Assembly (NCBI GenBank): GCA_964187785.1
Contig: OZ076418.1
Coordinates: 55,304,001-55,368,000 of the forward strand
Length of the DNA: 64,000 bases
DNA from: Amphiscolops sp. MND2022
Taxonomy: Eukaryota
Reading direction: 5' to 3'
Part shown: piece by piece, positions 57,898 to 64,000 of the stretch
How the letters are laid out: every line of letters begins with the position of its first letter
How positions within the stretch are numbered: the stretch's first letter is position 1
Translations under genes and position numbers: made by a program
Notes under the pieces: model-generated
What the model was told of the DNA's origin: nothing
What the model saw: the letters and a program-made list of their open reading frames with translations, nothing else
The model's database searches: none

Positions 57898-58088
57898 AAG
57901 TAACCGCCCCCCCCGCATCGGTTGTAGTTAATGAGGATCCCAACTGGGTTACCAGTTGAGATTAGGGAACTCGCCACCCCTGGCCACGGCTCCAACCACT
58001 TGCCTCAGGGTGGTATTTGCATCTGCTGCGTTCGACCCTGCTCTAGTTTGGTATGGGGTCACAGGCGCATCTGCAGGGGCAGTGTTGT
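57898..58088 (-). pseudogene. 5'-truncated 13th copy of the array ORF 3' end (191 bp) flanked by a 29-bp direct repeat
   Basis: aaaattcaatggtgtaaacaacgaaacaa at 57869-57897 and 58089-58117. Confidence 0.9.
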
Positions 58089-58117
58089 AAAATTCAATGG
58101 TGTAAACAACGAAACAA

Positions 58118-61100
58118 CATAAAATACAAGCTAGTCACTAGATGAGTCCGAATCATTCCCTAAGAGAGGATGTTGATCACTAAGTGAAACGACTTCGTCG
58201 TTCACCCAGTGATCAGCAACCTCCCTTAGAGCAGCTTCAGTGTAAATGTTGACCAAATGAATCGAACACTTTCCCAACAGTGCGAAAGTGTCGAAACATT
58301 TGGTCTCGCTTCAGGTTCTTTTTTGACTGATAATGTCGCAGGAGTTCTTTCTCCCCATGTGTAAGCATGGAGATATTTTTTTTGCAAATCCTGCAATAAA
58401 ATTTGTGAGGCTCTCCATTCTCCGGCCGAGTGGCGAAGAGTCGGAAGAACGGGTCACGTTGTGTTTTTAGCAGTTAAGTTTTTAACAGACTTGACAAGGT
58501 GGCGCCCAGACGATGACGTCTTGCCTCTTGAAGTTGTCGGAACTAAAACACGAAATAAGGAATTACAGGAGAACTATAACCAAACGTGTGCGGGGGGAGG
58601 GTCGATAGTGCACTGTTTTGATTGATTTGTGTTAACGAGTTCTAGTCTGCTCCCGGACTAGAATTTGAAAATCTACTCTAGAATAAATAAATAGCAAGTA
58701 AATTAAATAAAAGTAAAAATTACCGTTCATTTGACTGAATGTCTCTGCTACCGTCTGCTGAATAATGGCCCTCAGGTCCCCTTGATCCAATACTACCACG
58801 GGATCAGTATTGGTAGCAGCATCTGATGTGACGGCTTGTGGTGGTATATTGCACTCCGATGGTTCCTCCTCCTCCACAACTGTCGATCACGGACTGAAAG
58901 TTTGATTTGTAACCTAGAAAATCAAATATCTGAAGAATCGAACATTTAACTCGACTCTACAAAATGATTTCCATAATGAACCTTAATTTCACCGCGTAAT
59001 AAAATTGAAAAACATCAGAATAAAACAAAATTTTATGTTTTTTTCCAGATTGTACCCGGCGTCCTCGAGGCGTTTCGCCACATCTTTGGGGAGACGTTTG
59101 TTTGCAAATTTAGGAAAAGATTGACTGCCTCCTTCACATTATTCGGTGGCTGTGGTTCTCTGAACGTCGTCAAAGCTCTTCTGAAGTTTTTTCTCATTTT
59201 TTGGTCTTCGGTGAGTCGACTTTGTTGGGTAGCACGTCGACTTTCTCACGATATCCAGTCCAGACTAATCGAAGTCTGGACCTGTCTTGCTTGAGTTTAT
59301 AATAGCTGCGTAGCAGCTTTCGTTCGTTTCTGGACATGCCCCTGTGCCCTTTGGCATGCGTCAAGATGTCTGTGACAACATCGCCGCATATGATGCACTT
59401 CAGTCGAGGAGGCTCAGTCGTCTCGGAATCTGCTGAATGAAGAAAAAACGTTTTGATCAAAACAAGTTGAATGAAGACATTCTGATAAATTCTAATTGCA
59501 ATGAAAGACAATTTTTCGAATTTAGAGTCTATGACTATTCCTGAATAACTTCGGATTATACTATTTGGGCCATTGTCGAAGAAATTCTGATACATATCTT
59601 AATATCACTGGAAACGAACAAAGTGAAAATTAATTTCAGAGAAAATTGTAGATATTGTTGATAAAAAGTAAGACTATTTTCGAAACTAACCAACACTCTT
59701 GGGTTGATTATTGACCCCAGTGGTGCTCTCATCTCACTATCTGTGGTGTAAATCAGTGATAATCTTTCGGGAGTCTCGGTACCTGTTGAACATAATTCTA
59801 TATTTCAAAGATTGTAGTTTCAAAGATTGCTCAACAGTTTGCAGTTCCTTGGACTTCGAACCCGAAAGAAAAACCATGATCATTTAAATTTCCATTTTAA
59901 ATTCCTTTCAGTTTTTATTTACTTTGATGCTGATTAGTTTGATTAGCAATTGATTACTTGAAGTTTTCTTCCGTGTTAAATTTTGTGAAGGTAGAAGTTT
60001 TTTTGAAAATCGAAATATTTTATCGCATTAACATGCTCCAGTTTAATTTTCAAATTGAATAAAGTTAGAAAAGTGCTTTAGTTTTACTTAGGCATCTGAG
60101 TTTCACTTTGACAAAGTTCAGTCAGAATTTCTCGCCTGCCTGTTTCCATTTCGTTCTCATTCGAATTTCGTCGAGCAAATTTTTTTCGACTCAAGTATTC
60201 AGAATTTCTCCCCGGCAATTCAAAATAGCTTTTTAAGGATAATATCCAGAGATATACATTCATAAATGTATCTAATATTCACTTGAACAGAAAATTAAAT
60301 TGATAAAGACTTTTGGAGATTAGTGAAGAAAACTAACAATCGCTTAGGTATGGGTCGATCATATTGGTGCATGACGTGGCCAGTTGGTTGTTGACCCCAG
60401 TGGTGGCTCTCGTCTCAGCCTCTGTGGCATAGTGGTGAGACAGGTCGCCAGTCTCGGAACCTGTTGAACATAATTCTATAATTTGATCAAGTATTTAAAA
60501 GAGAATGATTGGTTCTGAATGTAGGTTTTAGTCTGGTCCCAGATTGACGTTTCAATGTCAGAATTTCTCTCTTGGAATTTCAAACGCATAGACTTGTTGA
60601 TTATAGAACTGAATCGTTAAGCGACATTATTGTTTGTTGATAAAAGTAAGATTCTAATTTCGAAACAAACCATCGCTCTCGGGTTGGTTGCTGACCCCAA
60701 TGGCGTCTCTCATCTGAGCCTCTACGTCATAGTTGTGTGACAGGTCGCCAGTCTCGGAACCTGTTGAACCTAATTCTATAATTTGATCAAGTATTTAAAA
60801 GAGAATGATTGGTTCTGAATGTAGGTTTTAGTCCGGTCCCAGATTGAAGTTTTAATGTCAGAATTTCTCTCTTGCATTTTCAAACTCAGACTTGTTGTAT
60901 ATAGAAGTTACTGAATCGTTAAGCGACATTGGTTGATTGTTGATAGAAGTAAGATTCTAATTTCGAAACTAACCAACGCTCTCTTGTTTGTTGCTGACCC
61001 CAGTGGTGTCTCTTATCTCAACTTCTGTGGCATAGCTTCGTGACAGGTCGCCAGTCTCGGAACCTGTTGAACCTAATTCTATAATTTGATCAAGTATTTA

Positions 61101-62900
61101 AAAGAGAATGATTGGTTCCGAATGTAGAATTTGTTTTTTGGTTCTTTTCCTATTTCGTTCTTATTTGAATTTCGTTGAGCAAATTTTTTCAATTCAAATT
61201 TGTCAGAATTTCTCCCCGGCAATTCGAAATTAACCATCACTCGTGATGAATAGTTGAGCGGCATTGTTGATAAGTCCGACGCAATGAAGTGTTTTGACGT
61301 ACTCAAGATCAAATTCAAATTATGATGAGCAGAAGTTGATGATTGCGAGAGAACTGAAAGAAGGTTGGTAATATTGATGCGAAAGAATTGACTGATTCGA
61401 CTATGCTGTTTTCGGCAAAATTTTTCAACAAGTTCAGAAGTTCATGATGAAATCATGATGATCAGAAAGTGATGATTGCGAGAGAACTGAAAGAAGGTTG
61501 ACAATATCGATGCGAAAGAATTGACTGATTCGACGTTGCAGTTTTCGACAAAAATTCAGAAGTCATTATCAGAAAGCCTCAATTCTAATTTTCCTGCAGT
61601 GGTAATTGGTTAATCGTGTGAGGATTTTGCAGTAGTTTTCGACAAAATTTCAAGAGCCATTATTAAAACGCATCAATTATACTTTTTCCTGCAGTGTAAT
61701 TAGTTAATCGTGCAAGGACTGTGCAGCAGTTATCGACATAATTTGAGTAGTCATTATTAAAAAGCCTCAAATCTACTCTTTCCTGCAGTGGTAATTAGTT
61801 GATCGTGTAAGGACTTCTCAGCAGTTTTCGACAAACCTTCGGTTGTCATTATTAAAAACGCCTCAATTCTAAATTTACTGCAGTGACAATCAACTGATCG
61901 TTTAATTACTTTGCAGCAGATTAACTTCACGCCTCTCTATAAGGAAATTCGTCAATAGAGATTTCCGATTTTCGGATTAGAGAGTTTTAGATTTCAGACA
62001 TTCTTCCAAACAAGCGAGGAAATTTGATATGTCTCAAATCGTTATAGTTGCGGCCTCAAACGGCAGAAATTTTAGAGGTTGTAGTTTCGGGCAAGGTGTG
62101 GAATGCGTGTGGAGCAGAGGCGCAAGGACCCTTCACGAGCCTGGTAACCCAAGGAAATTAGAGAATTTGATCAAACGAGCTATGGAGAAGTCACCCGGAG
62201 CAATAATTATCTATGCCAATGTATTGCTCAACAGTTTACGGACTCCAGATTCGAGGTGAACTATTCAGAATCATTCTTCGAGCTTCGAATTTTTATATGA
62301 TATCAACGTAGAAAAATATTTATTTCTATTTTTGTCCAGTTAACAGTTTTGAGAAATTCCCATCAGAAAACTTTCACAAAATTTGTGCGAATTTCACGGG
62401 AATCATTTCACAAGATCTAACATTGTTTTTTCAAAGGTTCGCGAAGTTGATGAAATACGAACAATCACCAGAGGAAGTGGCGGTGCATCTTCGAAAAACA
62501 GAAACTTTTTTAAAGGAGAGAGGGGAGAGTATGTTCACCCTTATTGGGAAACGACCGGCTCTTCCCGGTCAACCAGAAGATGATTTGCATAAGGCGTGCA
62601 CGAAACACGAACTCTCAACCTTGAGAGTGGACCATGCCGGCGAGAAATGGTTTCAAAAAGACGGTGTGCACGTCACATTGGGCAGTTTTGAGAAACCTCT
62701 GAGGGCGGCATTACATCAACTCGTCAAGTGATGCACCATTGAACGGTATACTCTTTTTCATTGTTAACCTTTGTCTTTTGAGCGTCAGCAAGACTTTTTA
62801 CCGTCAAAGAAAAGTGTAAACTTCAAACTCGATAACAATCTGACCTTTCATTCATTGCATACATCTGTTTCAGGCAAAGACGATACTATACGCATTGCTG
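58118..62900. repeat. Segment B copy 2 (continues past the point where copy 1 breaks; right end approximate)
   Basis: Same ORFs and internal repeats as 53041-57461. Confidence 0.9.
62029..62731 (+). CDS. Two-exon SGNH-hydrolase-like protein, 173 aa, join(62029..62255,62437..62731)
   Basis: AG/GTGAAC donor and ttttttcaaAG acceptor join in frame (..PDS-R-FAKL..); IVAASNG (block I-like) and DGVH (block V). Confidence 0.65.
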
Positions 62901-62989
62901 ATGTTGCTGCTGTTTGAATGAAAACTTTATTTATTACTGTTTCAGTTAGTTAGACTTCAGTTACTAAGTTAGTGTTAAATAAGTAAATA

Positions 62990-63500
62990 ATGAACAGAAA
63001 TTCTGGCCTGCCTTTTTCTTCAGAAAGTTTCAATTTGATTCTAAATCGAACTTCGTTGGGGAAATTTTGCGAAGATATAGGAATTTCTGGCCTGCCATTT
63101 CATTCAAAAAGTTTTATTTTGATTCTAAATCGAATTTCGTCGAGGAGAGTTTGCGGAGATATAGGAATTTCTGGCCTGCCTTTTTATTCAGAAAGTTTCA
63201 ATTTGATTCTAAATCGAATTCCGTTGAGGAAAGTTTGCAAAGATATAAGAATTTCTGGCCTGCCTTTTTCATTCAGAAAGTTTCAATTTGATTCTAAATC
63301 GCATTTCGTTAAGGAGAGTTTGCGAAGATATAGGAATTTCTGGCCTGCCTTTTTCATTCAGAAAGTTTCAATTTGATTCTAAATCGAATTCCGTTGAGGA
63401 AAATTTGCAAAGATATAGGAATTTCTGGCCTGCTTTTTTCATTGAGAAAGTTTCAATTTGATTCTAAATCGAATTCTTTGAGAAAAGTTTGCAAAGATAA
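62990..63500. repeat. ~84-bp tandem satellite, about 6 copies
   Basis: ctggcctgc at 63003, 63087, 63171, 63255, 63340, 63425. Confidence 0.92.
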
Positions 63501-64000
63501 ATGAGTTTTTCGGAACAAATCAAATGACACTTTTAGTTTTTTTAGAGATAAAAAAAGAGAGATCAAACACTAGGGAATTATCCTTTTCTCATTGGAAATA
63601 TTCGATTACTAACAAATTCAATTCTGAACTAAATTTAAATCAGAATAATTGTGAATGTATAGACAGAATTTATAGACATAGAATGTATAGACAGACTGCT
63701 TGCTGTTCTCAAGATCTTGCTCTCTTCGGATTCTTTCGATGCCCAGTAGATATCGGGTGGGTTGACGGGTGAAACTGAGAGCCGAAGAAAACAACCATCT
63801 AATGTTTGAACCCATCGTCTGTTCAGAACAAAGGAAGCAAGTTGGCGACAGATCTTTTCATCTTACCCGGGCGCCCTACCTTCCTTTTCTAGAGTTGTTT
63901 GGGTCTTGAAAACGAAAGAACTCTAGCATTCTTTAAGAAAATTTAAATTTGGTTCAAATAGCATAAGAGCAAATAATAGTTCACTGAGCCTTACTTCAGA

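Noticed and set aside
62990-63815. ORFs at the right end (128, 74, 82, 65 aa)
   Set aside because: Translations of the 84-bp satellite or short AT-rich frames without motifs.

Overview
Eukaryotic, repeat-dominated window; a GT-AG intron and a non-LTR retroelement suggest an invertebrate-type genome (inference), and no prokaryotic features are seen. (1) ~110-3853, minus strand: a frameshifted CRE-like non-LTR retrotransposon (PHD finger, reverse transcriptase, Cys/His zinc knuckle, restriction-like endonuclease), preceded 26 bp upstream by a separate intact SGNH/GDSL esterase ORF. (2) 4342-53040: a coding macrosatellite of 12 head-to-tail units of ~3.7-4.2 kb. Each carries an intronless ~419-aa minus-strand ORF that I cannot assign to any family (10 of 12 open), a long AUG-free leader, a CCAAT/TATA-like promoter, and nested ~170, ~52 and ~88 bp tandem repeats of variable copy number. 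(3) 53041-62900: two near-identical copies of a ~4.4-kb segment with zinc-finger gene fragments, internal tandem repeats and a spliced SGNH-like gene. Between them is a patch holding a 191-bp 3'-end fragment of the array ORF flanked by an exact 29-bp direct repeat. (4) An 84-bp satellite near the right end. The main candidate for new biology is the amplified orphan gene (viral nucleoprotein/capsid-derived, or a retroelement ORF1-like gene, are hypotheses only) and its possible link to the adjacent co-oriented retroelement.
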